Of a stretch of 64,000 nucleotides of DNA, positions 26,892-36,524 are shown in pieces (position 1 is the first letter of the stretch; each line of letters starts with the position of its first letter). Source of the stretch: an uncultured virus (IMG/VR IMGVR_UViG_3300034375_008609) (taxonomy: Duplodnaviria; Heunggongvirae; Uroviricota; Caudoviricetes); the IMG/VR virus record IMGVR_UViG_3300034375_008609; one strand, given 5' to 3'. The notes below the pieces were generated by a model. The model searched no databases and was not told the DNA's origin. It worked only from the letters and a program-made list of their open reading frames with translations. Position numbers and translations under genes: made by a program.

Positions 26892-28478
26892 TCAATAGTT
26901 GCTGCTAACGAAGATAGGCATTGGCATTTCGTAATCTTCGTCTATAGAGGATTCCATTTGTGTGAAACTATTATAGATTGATGGATCCCAATCTTTCATC
27001 ACTCCAATCATACGTAATGCAAGTAACATACTGCTAATCAAATCGTCAGTTGCACCCGGTTTTGCTTGATAGCTACTTCCTGTTGCAACAAATGCTTTGA
27101 GTTCACTTATAAATGGCTTGCTATGTATTTTTAATTTTTCATTTTCAATCATAGTTTTCATTCTTGCACATGCAGTGACTTTTGCACTATGAGTTGTATT
27201 AAACCCTTTACGAAACTTGCGCACATGACCTTTGCGTATAGGTTCGCTTATAAACAGTCCTGGAATATTTTCTTCGCCTAAATCTTGAATGACAAGTAGT
27301 GCAGCTTCTCCAAGACCGTTGTTTTCAACGCTCCAATAAATTCCATTATCGTCATGTCTTTCTGTTTCTAAGTATGTGCATATGTCTTTAAGCACACGAA
27401 TTTGTCCTGGTATACTGGTTGTATTATGCTGCCATTCAGCTACTTGTTCATAACTTGGTAACTCTACAACTTGTATAGCGGCATTATCTCCTCCAGTGCC
27501 CATACTTGGATCTAGTGCTACAGCGTAATTTTTTCCTGGTTCTGGTTTTTTATACCAACGTGTTTGTCCCATGTTTATTACAGGAGAAACACCTTCCATT
27601 ACAGTAAGGTGCAAACTACTAATTAAAGTTTCATCAAATACTAAAAATTCACAGCCATATTCACGTCTAAATTTTTCTTCACCAATACGCCCAATTTCTT
27701 CTGCTTTCCATTTATCGTCACGATCAGGATGTTCCCACCAGTCTGCCCTAAATGCATGAAATCCGTTTATACCAACATTATTTTCATTACCGTATTCGTC
27801 AAATTTATCTTCTGCTTGTTTCCAAATAGTAGCAAAAGTATCTTCGTCTGAGTTAGGTGTGCTAGTAATAATAGCACGACCACCTGTTGCTAGAGTAGGA
27901 GATATTGAAGTCCAAAACTCTTCCGCAATGTTAGGTTGCACAAACGCAAACTCGTCACAGTATAGTAAGGAAATAGATAAACCACGTCCTGTATTACCTG
28001 TAGTGGTTTGGCTAATAATACGTGATCCGTTTTCAAATTCTATGCTGCCTTTGTTATAACTTGTAACACCTGCACGGATGTAGTTTGGACAGGTTTCGTA
28101 TACATATCTAATACGTTGCATGATTTCTTGAGCACCTGTGTATTTGTGTGCTGCAATAAGAATAGTTTGATCTGGATTAAACATAGCATACCAACACAAA
28201 TAGATACTTGCACATGTAGTCTTTCCTGTTTGTCTAGGCATCATATTAATATTAAATCTAAAATTATGATAACTTTCTAATAATCCTAATTGATACTCAT
28301 ATGGGTCAAAAAGTAATTGTCCTTTTACAGGATGTTGTATATGAGCAAAGTGTTCTGCAAAATACAAATATCCATCATCAGGATCCATACACTTTAGTAA
28401 GTGTTCTACTTGTGCTTCTGTAAATGTTTCTTGTTTGTTGGCTTTTTTAATTAATACGCCGTCTAATGATGTTGCCAT
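26892..28478 (-). CDS. terL: Terminase large subunit (T4 gp17-like)
   Basis: PRQTGKT Walker A, LLYCDEFAF Walker B, ITSTPN, ALDPSMGTGGD nuclease motif, DDL. Confidence 0.95.
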   Translation of the reverse strand: MATSLDGVLIKKANKQETFTEAQVEHLLKCMDPDDGYLYFAEHFAHIQHPVKGQLLFDPYEYQLGLLESYHNFRFNINMMPRQTGKTTCASIYLCWYAMFNPDQTILIAAHKYTGAQEIMQRIRYVYETCPNYIRAGVTSYNKGSIEFENGSRIISQTTTGNTGRGLSISLLYCDEFAFVQPNIAEEFWTSISPTLATGGRAIITSTPNSDEDTFATIWKQAEDKFDEYGNENNVGINGFHAFRADWWEHPDRDDKWKAEEIGRIGEEKFRREYGCEFLVFDETLISSLHLTVMEGVSPVINMGQTRWYKKPEPGKNYAVALDPSMGTGGDNAAIQVVELPSYEQVAEWQHNTTSIPGQIRVLKDICTYLETERHDDNGIYWSVENNGLGEAALLVIQDLGEENIPGLFISEPIRKGHVRKFRKGFNTTHSAKVTACARMKTMIENEKLKIHSKPFISELKAFVATGSSYQAKPGATDDLISSMLLALRMIGVMKDWDPSIYNSFTQMESSIDEDYEMPMPIFVSSNY

Positions 28479-28492
28479 AGCAATATTTATTC

Positions 28493-28519
28493 AAAAAAAT
28501 AGCGCCAACAGGCGCTATT
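28493..28519 (-). terminator. Rho-independent terminator
   Basis: AATAGCGCC-TGTT-GGCGCTATT followed by a T run. Confidence 0.85.
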
Positions 28520-28539
28520 GAAGTATCTGGGGGGATGAG

Positions 28540-29025
28540 TTATTTCTTAAACTGCGGAGGCATTTTGCCTTTTTTTGCTTTTTTATCTTTGATGGCTTTT
28601 TTCATTGGTTCTTTTTTATCGCCATCTTTGTCCATATCTAAGAAGTCTGGTTTTGCTTTTTTTTCTTCTAATGCTTGCCATAAACGATCTTTGATTGATT
28701 CCATTGCCATTGGATTATCGCCTTGGCTTGCTGGTGGATACATAGTTTTCTTTTTATGCAAGTCATCACCGCTTGGTAGCACATCGTCAAGATCCATATA
28801 TTCTTCTTCTGGCTCGTTGTCATATTCTTCAACTTCTTCTTCTTGTGCTTCAGCATTTTGCACCATTTGTAGTGCTTGAAGTAGTTGTGCCATTTGTTCT
28901 GCATCGTTTAATGCAATGTTAATACTTGGTTGTTGACCCATTTGTCCATCAGCTTCCGGAGGACATTCTGCAACTGATTTTTCAACTGCATCAAAGTTTC
29001 TTAAGATATCTAACATATTGCTCAT
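28540..29025 (-). CDS. Hypothetical acidic/Lys-tailed protein (possible head-internal/scaffold)
   Basis: 161 aa, contains KPDFLDMDKDGDKKEPMKKA (EF-hand-like DxDxDG). Confidence 0.65.
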   Translation of the reverse strand: MSNMLDILRNFDAVEKSVAECPPEADGQMGQQPSINIALNDAEQMAQLLQALQMVQNAEAQEEEVEEYDNEPEEEYMDLDDVLPSGDDLHKKKTMYPPASQGDNPMAMESIKDRLWQALEEKKAKPDFLDMDKDGDKKEPMKKAIKDKKAKKGKMPPQFKK

Positions 29026-29027
29026 AA

Positions 29028-29576
29028 TTAGCTCCCTATTGTGCTTTTGTTATTTTGTGGATCTTCTTTTGTTGTTTCCATTTTAAATCCATCTTGTGCA
29101 TCTGCTCTTTCTTTACGTGCAGTTTCTAATTCTTTTAGCAAATCCATAATACGTGATTCGCCTGCTTGGTCCTGTGCAGAAACGCCTTCTAACTCTTCTT
29201 TGGTTAACATAGGCTCATACGGACCATCATCTTTTTTCTCTTGATATTCTTCTCTTGGATCGGTAGGACTTCTTACAATGATATGACTTTGTTCAATACC
29301 GCAACAGTTTCCAATATATTCTTGAATATAGTCTGGGGTGCTTGGATACTGTAATTCTGCTTCATAGTAATACACTTCGCAGTTTTCCAATTGTGGAAAG
29401 TCTAGTGGACGCTCTTGAATCGGAGTTTTCTTTGGCGCTGACAAACTTTTTACAGCATATTTTTCAAGGCATTTTTTAAGATTTTCTTCACACTTGTCAG
29501 GAAGTTCTCCTGCAATGCCAATTTTAAATGGATACACTTTATGTGTTTCTGTTAGATATTCTGTAAAACTTTTCAT
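29028..29576 (-). CDS. Hypothetical protein with T4-like capsid-targeting N-terminus
   Basis: Begins MKSFTEYLTE; SD AGGA and TAAATA upstream. Confidence 0.65.
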   Translation of the reverse strand: MKSFTEYLTETHKVYPFKIGIAGELPDKCEENLKKCLEKYAVKSLSAPKKTPIQERPLDFPQLENCEVYYYEAELQYPSTPDYIQEYIGNCCGIEQSHIIVRSPTDPREEYQEKKDDGPYEPMLTKEELEGVSAQDQAGESRIMDLLKELETARKERADAQDGFKMETTKEDPQNNKSTIGS

Positions 29577-29595
29577 TGTAATTTTCCTATATAAC

Positions 29596-30093
29596 TTATT
29601 TATCTTTATCTAGCCCTTTAAGACGTTCTAACAAGCTATTTCTGTCTGTGACTACATAGCCTTCGCCTTCGGTCATTCCGGTAGGACTAGCAAAATTATC
29701 TCTATCCATTTTTTCTTTTTTAAGTTGTAGTTCTACCATTTTAAGTTTTTTATCTAATTTTGCAACTTTAGCATCAAGGTTTGTTTTAAGCATAGTGCCT
29801 GCAACTTCAAATACTCTACCACTGTAACGGCTTTCAACATTCATACCGAGGTCCATTAAATCTTCATATGCTTGCATTGCTTTTTCAGATACTTCGTTGA
29901 GTTCTGCATCTGCTAATTCGCCTAAACCTTTTACCTGCGGTAGTGCAGCTTCAATTTTATCTAAGTCAGCAATATCTCTCACAGTATCTTGATGTGCTGC
30001 AGGCACAGATTGTGTTTTTTCTTCTTCAATTATTTCTTTAGAATCAGGTAAATTTAACAAATCTTCAAGTTTTTTAGTCATAATAGTTTCCAT
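29596..30093 (-). CDS. Terminase small subunit-like protein
   Basis: Helical; DLMDLG...GRVFEVAGTML and C-terminal DRNSLL; near terL. Confidence 0.55.
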   Translation of the reverse strand: METIMTKKLEDLLNLPDSKEIIEEEKTQSVPAAHQDTVRDIADLDKIEAALPQVKGLGELADAELNEVSEKAMQAYEDLMDLGMNVESRYSGRVFEVAGTMLKTNLDAKVAKLDKKLKMVELQLKKEKMDRDNFASPTGMTEGEGYVVTDRNSLLERLKGLDKDK

Positions 30094-30122
30094 TAAATAC
30101 TACTATTATTTAGTATAAAATA

Positions 30123-30557
30123 TTATCCTCTTCTTCCTGTATGAAAGATATCATTTTCAGTAACTACTCTAAAGCGTATTTTATTTTGTTTACAATATGC
30201 ATTTGCAGCTGACCATTTTGCTTGATTTAACAAATAATGTGCTCTATTATTTTTGCTTGTAGCTTTTTCTTGAACTGTTTGATTAAACGGTTTGACTTCT
30301 ATTAATTCAACATGCTTTTTACTGTTTGCATCTGTGTATACAATAAAAAAGTCAGGCACATATATAGTTTGTTTTCCAGTAAATGGATTTCGATAAGGTA
30401 TTTTTACTGCTTCACTTGCCCATTTTTCTACACTTGGATGTTCATCGCAAAAACGCATGAATGCAAACTCCCAACTACTACGATAAGTTGGTGTTCTATT
30501 TGACATATATTTTTCAGGGTTTTTTAGATTATATTTTCCTTGAGCATATTTGGCCAT
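30123..30557 (-). CDS. Head completion protein (T4 gp4-like, TnsA-type nuclease fold)
   Basis: NPEKY, YRSSWE, WASE, YVPDF, IEVKP, NQAKW.AA, FRVVTE. Confidence 0.88.
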   Translation of the reverse strand: MAKYAQGKYNLKNPEKYMSNRTPTYRSSWEFAFMRFCDEHPSVEKWASEAVKIPYRNPFTGKQTIYVPDFFIVYTDANSKKHVELIEVKPFNQTVQEKATSKNNRAHYLLNQAKWSAANAYCKQNKIRFRVVTENDIFHTGRRG

Positions 30558-30922
30558 TATACTATGATGTTTCTTGCTGTTAAATTCTCTGCACTGTTAT
30601 TGATTTTTTTCACACCAATTTTGCTAATTTTTGATCTATTAGCATTTAGTATAGCTGTAATTAAATCAGTAAGTTTAATTCTGTCAAGTGTTTTAATATC
30701 TTCTAAAAGTTCCATAATATTTACACCATCAACTTTAGCTTGTGTCAACAACACACTTGCAACACTTTGAGCAGCAGTAGTTTCAAATCCACGTGATTGA
30801 AAAAATCCAACAACAGCATCTACTGAATTACTTGGAAAACTTATTGATTTTTTGTTTTGATTACTGAAAACTTCTCTAGTTTCTACTAAAGAGTCTTGTA
30901 GTATTTGTTGAATTTCTGTCAT
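30557..30922 (-). CDS. Hypothetical protein
   Basis: 121-aa ORF in the structural operon. Confidence 0.65.
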   Translation of the reverse strand: MTEIQQILQDSLVETREVFSNQNKKSISFPSNSVDAVVGFFQSRGFETTAAQSVASVLLTQAKVDGVNIMELLEDIKTLDRIKLTDLITAILNANRSKISKIGVKKINNSAENLTARNIIV

Positions 30923-30924
30923 AA

Positions 30925-32010
30925 TTAAAATACCTTAGGTCGTGCGTTTGTAACACCTCTAGAGGATGCTGCACTTGTAAAATTTGCATTGCCAACAGCA
31001 TCAACTAATAAATTTTCTCCCCCAGCAATTACTTCAGACACAAGACTACTAAAACTTAAATTCCTTGCGTTTCTAAAAGTATTAGCACCAGTAATTAGAG
31101 CACCTAAAACATTACCTTGCTGGAGATTGTTAATGGTAGCAGTTGTTCCTGCTAACACACCTCCAGTTCCAAAAAAACTACTTGAGCCGCCGCCGTTTAT
31201 ACTCAAAGGACTAGGTGAGGTGTCGTATCTTGAATCTCCAAATCCTGCCGGCACTACACCTACATCAGTGAAGTTTCTGTCCATAATGACTGCTTCATAA
31301 CTGAATCTCATTGAGTTTGAACTAAACGCTGTAGATGCTGTATCAGCTTGCTGATGATCCCAACTGTCTACTAGAGGATTAATATATGTAAAACTTGTGT
31401 TTGTTGGTTTGCCATCTTGTGGGTGCAATTGAAAAACTTGTATGCTTGTAAAAAAATTATTAACTTTACCAGGTCTATCCAAACCAAATTTATAGTTTTG
31501 AAAAACACTTCCTGTTCCATAGCCGGTGTTTCTGCCTGCTTCTCTTAGATATGCAGGATCTCCTATTTCGGGACTAGTTCCATTTGATGTTGTATGAGTA
31601 GCATCACTGAAATAATAATTAAAATAACTTTGCCATAAAAAATTACTTATACCAGCATTATCATCATGCCATTCCATGCTAACTGGAGAGTATTCAACTC
31701 CTGTTTGCGTGACTTTTTTCCTATTATACTGGTTTAGTGTTGTTGTAGAAATATTATAGGTTGGTAAGTCGATTCTTTTACAAAGTAAATTTATTTCTCT
31801 TTTTACTGAATTGTTAAATGTTCCAAAATTACTTAGAGTTATTTGTGGATTAATATTTAAAACTACATGAAATAAGTTTTCGTTTTTTGGAGCAAGACGC
31901 ATGTTTCCGTCTACAAAAACATTAGATGCGTGAGAATAGTCTCCTAAATTACCTTTAGGACTTAACGCACCTTTAATTAAATTATCAAAAAAACCACTGA
32001 ATATTGCCAT
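30925..32010 (-). CDS. Tail-tube-fold baseplate/tail initiator-like protein
   Basis: IDLP.Y.I.T..LNQYNRK, Y.PV...HDD pattern; next to the tail tube gene. Confidence 0.6.
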   Translation of the reverse strand: MAIFSGFFDNLIKGALSPKGNLGDYSHASNVFVDGNMRLAPKNENLFHVVLNINPQITLSNFGTFNNSVKREINLLCKRIDLPTYNISTTTLNQYNRKKVTQTGVEYSPVSMEWHDDNAGISNFLWQSYFNYYFSDATHTTSNGTSPEIGDPAYLREAGRNTGYGTGSVFQNYKFGLDRPGKVNNFFTSIQVFQLHPQDGKPTNTSFTYINPLVDSWDHQQADTASTAFSSNSMRFSYEAVIMDRNFTDVGVVPAGFGDSRYDTSPSPLSINGGGSSSFFGTGGVLAGTTATINNLQQGNVLGALITGANTFRNARNLSFSSLVSEVIAGGENLLVDAVGNANFTSAASSRGVTNARPKVF

Positions 32011-32046
32011 ATTGTATTTATCACTTATTTAAACTGCGTATAAAAT

Positions 32047-32080
32047 AAAAAGGAGTATATATTTCTATATACTCCTTTAT
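32047..32080 (-). terminator. Terminator after the tail tube gene
   Basis: 13-bp inverted repeat AAAGGAGTATATA/TATATACTCCTTT with T run. Confidence 0.75.
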
Positions 32081-32106
32081 TATAATAGCAATCTGTATTT
32101 TAAGTA

Positions 32107-32730
32107 TCAGCCACCGCCTGTGACGTTTGTGCCTAACGATCTGCCTACTAATGTTCCAACACCTGTGTTTTCAGGAGTTTGAATTGCATTGTCGTATTGA
32201 ATACTTAATGTAATATTTACTGGTTCGTTGTTTGCATAAGCAAGTGAGTTATAGTTTGCTTCAGTAATAAAACAACCATAACATTCCCAAGTCTCTAAAA
32301 CATTCACGCCAAGTGCACCATTTCCGCCATCTAATATTTCGATGCGAGTGACGAATTTGTAATCCTGTCCTGAGTTTGCACTTGCTTGTTCCATAAAGTC
32401 AAACTGTTTCTGTAATTGTTCACCAACTAGTTTTTGCACATTGTTGTTTACGTCTTCACGTAGATTTAAACTCAATGGACTCCATGTGTGTTTACCAGCT
32501 AGATAAACTTTACTGTTATAGATTGGTATTTCCATGTTTTCAAATGTTAGCGTAGGACGAGTTATATCCATAACTTGTTTTGTTAACTCTGTAGTTGGAG
32601 TTGATACGCCAAAATTTTCAAGTGTAACACGGAAACGATATTGCAGTTTTGGCATTAACAAACCTTGACTGCTTGCGCTGTCATTTGTTGCTAATGGAAC
32701 TGTTAATTTTGATAATGATGAGATTGCCAT
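32107..32730 (-). CDS. Tail tube protein (gp19-like)
   Basis: PKLQYRFRV, YLAGKHTW, ETWECYGCF, I.YDNA; directly follows the sheath; strong SD. Confidence 0.85.
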   Translation of the reverse strand: MAISSLSKLTVPLATNDSASSQGLLMPKLQYRFRVTLENFGVSTPTTELTKQVMDITRPTLTFENMEIPIYNSKVYLAGKHTWSPLSLNLREDVNNNVQKLVGEQLQKQFDFMEQASANSGQDYKFVTRIEILDGGNGALGVNVLETWECYGCFITEANYNSLAYANNEPVNITLSIQYDNAIQTPENTGVGTLVGRSLGTNVTGGG

Positions 32731-32762
32731 TTATTACTCCTATTCACAAGTATTTATCATTT

Positions 32763-32788
32763 GTAGGGGATTATCAAAAACCCCCTAC
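32763..32788 (-). other. Hairpin between sheath and tube genes
   Basis: GTAGGGG...CCCCTAC stem with no U tail, just upstream of a TAAATA motif. Confidence 0.5.
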
Positions 32789-32797
32789 TTTATGATA

Positions 32798-35700
32798 TTA
32801 TAGACTTGCAATTTCTCCTGTGTTTTTAAGACGTAGTGGAATGTAGATAAATTCTACTGCTTTCACTGGTTCAATAGCAATATCTACATAAAGCTCGTTT
32901 CTGTCAATTCTTGCAGGTGTGTTGTTTGTTTCGTCACACACTACCAAGTAGTCAAAAATTGCTCTAAGTCCTACAAGTTCTACCATCAAACTTTCAACCT
33001 GTTGTTTAATTTCATCACGTGTGATTTTGTCATTTGGTTCAAAGATATATGGTTTTGCAAGTTTCTTAAGTTGGCTGCGTAGATATACTGTTAGACGTGC
33101 AACATTGATTCTGTCTAATGCACTTGCATTAGCAGCTCTTGTTTTCTGTCCAAATACAACTAACCCAGCACCATTAATAAATGTAATTGGGTTTACTGCA
33201 TTACTGTATAGTGTATCTCTTTGTCCTTCATTAAGTGCTACACTTACAAATTCGCCTTCGCTATTAACATAACCACTTGCTGTTGCGTTAGTAACACTAC
33301 CACGTCTTGTGCCTGCTGGTGCAAACCATGGATACGCAACTTGGTCGTTAAGTGCAATAGTTCTTAGTGCCATGTGTGATGGTGGAACTACAACGTTGTT
33401 TCCTGCATTGTCACTTGTAAATCCACTTGGATAGTATACACCCAAATATTCATTTCTTGTAACAAGTCCGTTGTCATTGTCTTCTACTGCAAGGTTAACA
33501 TTAGAACTCCAGTTTTGTAAATCGGTTGTTGAAGATGCAAGTCTAAATGGTGAGTCACCAACAACAAATGCTGTTAAGCCTCTGTCAGTGTTAAGTGAGT
33601 TCATTTCACCAATTAGTTCTGGATATCCTGGTGCAGCAATCAAGTTAAAGTTTCTTGATTCATCATCGCGGATGTCTTCGTTGCTGTTTACACTTGCTTG
33701 TAATGCTTGCACTACAACTTTACGCTGTGCATTGCGTCCAAAGCTACCTGAACCGTCTGCATTATTTGCACTTTCTGTAACCCAACGATTTGCATGATAA
33801 CCGCTCATTGAGGCATCACTTTGTCTTGGGTTTGTGCCGTTTACATCAATGTAATCACGCTCATAACGTTTTACATTGAATCCACTTCTACGTGTGTTCC
33901 AAAGTAGCATGCCTTTTGGATATAATGCTGGATCTGGAGCATCTGGATCTAAGAAGTTGTTGTCAATCAAATCTGCAATAGCACCTGCTTCGTTGCTGTT
34001 AGCACCTGTAGTGTTGTAACGTGCATCAGCAAAAAGCACACCTGCTTCTGTTGTTTGATCAGTTTTGTCAACTAATACCCATTTACTTGTATCACCGTTA
34101 TACTTGTAAATTGTAGGATAGTTTTCAAGATCTGCTGTGCTAATCCACAAGTCTCCGTTCTGTAATGCAGTTGTTCCGTCACTTTGTGTTGTTGGTTCGC
34201 TTGCACTTACAATTGGACCGTTATCGTCAATTGCACTTGATGCTCCTGTGTTTCCGTCGCCGGCATGATCAAAGTTTCTATAACCTACCCAAGTAGTTCC
34301 GTTATGAATCATCATATCTACTTCATCAATTACGCTGCTATACCAAAGTTGTCCTGTAGCTGGTGTTGCTGTAGGAGCAGTTGCTTTGGCTGTGTATGTA
34401 AGCACATTCCAATTACTTGCATTGAATTGTCTTGGTGATGTATTAGTATCTGTGCCTGGTGTAAAATAGAAATTGTTGGTTGAATTTGGATTTGTTGAAT
34501 CATACACTGTAAACATAGTGTTTAATGGTGTGTTTGTTCCGTCAACAAATCTAATTTCGCCGCCATTTGCATGTGAAACAATAACTTGGTTTTTGCTATT
34601 TACACTTGCACTTACATTAGCAACTCCTGCGCCGTTGATTGCTCCTGCAATTTCGTCAGCGTCTGTTGTTGCGCCAGTAAATGTCATGCTAACAGTAGTA
34701 AGTGAACTTAGACTTGCACTTCCTGTTGAAGTTGCTTGCATTTGGAAGTTTGCAGCGCCTGCTGGGAATGTAGATCCTGTGATTGCAGCACTTGTGATGC
34801 TTGTTGCACCTGATGCTGCTCTTACCATAATTTGGAAAGTTGCTTTGCCTCCTAACACATCTTCTGCAACGTTTGATCTTACATATACGCTACCTGCTGC
34901 AATTCCTGAGCCGCCGTTGCTTGAATCTAAAGCTGCAATAGCAGCATGGCTTGTTGCATACATTGGAGCACTTACTGTAGTCCATGCGTCTGCTGAAGCA
35001 CTATACTGTTTTACACTCCATTTTGCACCCAAATTTGGATCGGTTGATTTAAGCCATACGCTACCTGTTGGTGCTGGACTTGAATCACGTGTTTTCCATT
35101 CTGGAACACTTGTATGTGGTGCATTTGCAAAACTTGTATATCTGTAAGTGCCTACAGCAATACCGCAATCAGTTAATACGTCACTTGTGGTTGACATTAC
35201 AATTGTATCTACTGCTGTTGTACGCCCATCATAAAACAAATTCAATTTGTTTCCTGTTGAACTTGCACTAATACCTACTCCTGCACCGGCTGTGTTAATA
35301 TCTGAAACAATTTGTGTCACAGTTGTGCCAGTTGTTGTTACTGCTGTTGCAACACCGTTAATTGTAAATGTAATTGTGCCTGTGCTAGAAGCACTTGCTC
35401 CTGCTGTTCCGCTTGCAAATGGCCAGCTTGCTCTCCAAGCATCAGAACCTACCTCTACCCAAGCACCTGAGCTATTTTTATACCATAGACGGTTTACATT
35501 GGATACTGCAACAACAGCGTAGTCTCCAATTGCACCTACGCTTGTTTTTGGAGTGTAAGGAGCACTGCCGCTTGTTTGTGACGAATCTGTAATAATTGTT
35601 GGAACTTTATTTGAGAAAGTTTGTCCGTTTGTTGTGGTCGCTGCTGCGCCGTTCCATTCAAACACGCCATATCTTGTATCATCTGTATCATACCACCATG

Positions 35701-36100
35701 CACCATCTGCTGGTTTGCCTGCTGCCTCGGTCGCACTTCCTGAGATTTCATTTAAATCTAAATCTGCTCTAACTACATACGCTCTGTTTGCTACTCCTAA
35801 GAATGAGTATGCTGCCTGTAGTCCGTATTCGTTTTGTTCTCCGGCATGCACTGGGTTGTTACTTGCATCAGTTATGAAAACTGGATCCCCAAATGTTTCT
35901 GATAGTTCACGTTGTGAACTCATCAAGTAAACTTTACCTGCATTTGCTTTTGTTGTGCCCGGGGCTACACCTGTGCCTCCTGGGTTTGTCTTATCTTGTG
36001 CAGTTGCTACAAAGATAAGAGGTGTTGTGCCTGGTTCTGCTGGAGTGTAAAAACTCTCGTCTATAACGCTAACCTGAACACCTGGTGATGTTAATGCCAT
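32798..36100 (-). CDS. Contractile tail sheath protein (gp18-like), enlarged
   Basis: SPGVQVSVIDES N-terminus, WFAPAG..RG, NPI, GQKT, DRINVARL, FEPND, VCDETNN, P.KAVEFIY. Confidence 0.95.
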   Translation of the reverse strand: MALTSPGVQVSVIDESFYTPAEPGTTPLIFVATAQDKTNPGGTGVAPGTTKANAGKVYLMSSQRELSETFGDPVFITDASNNPVHAGEQNEYGLQAAYSFLGVANRAYVVRADLDLNEISGSATEAAGKPADGAWWYDTDDTRYGVFEWNGAAATTTNGQTFSNKVPTIITDSSQTSGSAPYTPKTSVGAIGDYAVVAVSNVNRLWYKNSSGAWVEVGSDAWRASWPFASGTAGASASSTGTITFTINGVATAVTTTGTTVTQIVSDINTAGAGVGISASSTGNKLNLFYDGRTTAVDTIVMSTTSDVLTDCGIAVGTYRYTSFANAPHTSVPEWKTRDSSPAPTGSVWLKSTDPNLGAKWSVKQYSASADAWTTVSAPMYATSHAAIAALDSSNGGSGIAAGSVYVRSNVAEDVLGGKATFQIMVRAASGATSITSAAITGSTFPAGAANFQMQATSTGSASLSSLTTVSMTFTGATTDADEIAGAINGAGVANVSASVNSKNQVIVSHANGGEIRFVDGTNTPLNTMFTVYDSTNPNSTNNFYFTPGTDTNTSPRQFNASNWNVLTYTAKATAPTATPATGQLWYSSVIDEVDMMIHNGTTWVGYRNFDHAGDGNTGASSAIDDNGPIVSASEPTTQSDGTTALQNGDLWISTADLENYPTIYKYNGDTSKWVLVDKTDQTTEAGVLFADARYNTTGANSNEAGAIADLIDNNFLDPDAPDPALYPKGMLLWNTRRSGFNVKRYERDYIDVNGTNPRQSDASMSGYHANRWVTESANNADGSGSFGRNAQRKVVVQALQASVNSNEDIRDDESRNFNLIAAPGYPELIGEMNSLNTDRGLTAFVVGDSPFRLASSTTDLQNWSSNVNLAVEDNDNGLVTRNEYLGVYYPSGFTSDNAGNNVVVPPSHMALRTIALNDQVAYPWFAPAGTRRGSVTNATASGYVNSEGEFVSVALNEGQRDTLYSNAVNPITFINGAGLVVFGQKTRAANASALDRINVARLTVYLRSQLKKLAKPYIFEPNDKITRDEIKQQVESLMVELVGLRAIFDYLVVCDETNNTPARIDRNELYVDIAIEPVKAVEFIYIPLRLKNTGEIASL

Positions 36101-36195
36101 TTTAATTTCTCCTCGTGGATATGTTGTTGCTATTAATATTTATCAGTATGCGGTGAAAATACCGCGATTTTAGCGGTTATATGCGTAGTTTATGC

Positions 36196-36224
36196 TTGAC
36201 AATTGTAAAAAACTCTGTTATATT
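36196..36224 (+). promoter_or_regulatory. sigma70 promoter
   Basis: TTGACA-17 nt-TATATT; SD GAGGAG before ATG 36249. Confidence 0.75.
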
Positions 36225-36248
36225 AAATGATACTAAGAGGAGCATTAT

Positions 36249-36524
36249 ATGAACATTGATTATAAGTTTGACGAAAACAAATACATTGAAGAATTTTCAA
36301 AATATATTGATAAAACATACGATGGGCATTACAGCAGTAATAAATTTCAGTCAACAGAAGTAATCATTGATAGAGGTCACGGAACTGGCTTTTGTATGGG
36401 GAATGTTGACAAATATGCAAACCGTTATGGAAAAAAAGGAACCCGTGATGATGCTCGTAAAGATTTGTTAAAAATTTTACATTACGCACTAATACAACTT
36501 TATGTGCATGATAATGATCTTTAA
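36249..36524 (+). CDS. DUF3310-like protein (T7 gp1.7-related)
   Basis: HY...GFCMGNVDKYANRYGKKG...DLLKILHY. Confidence 0.75.
   Translation: MNIDYKFDENKYIEEFSKYIDKTYDGHYSSNKFQSTEVIIDRGHGTGFCMGNVDKYANRYGKKGTRDDARKDLLKILHYALIQLYVHDNDL

Noticed and set aside
30123..30557. TnsA-like nuclease as a sign of a Tn7 element
   Set aside because: Motifs and context fit the T4 gp4 head-completion protein; no other Tns genes or transposon ends.
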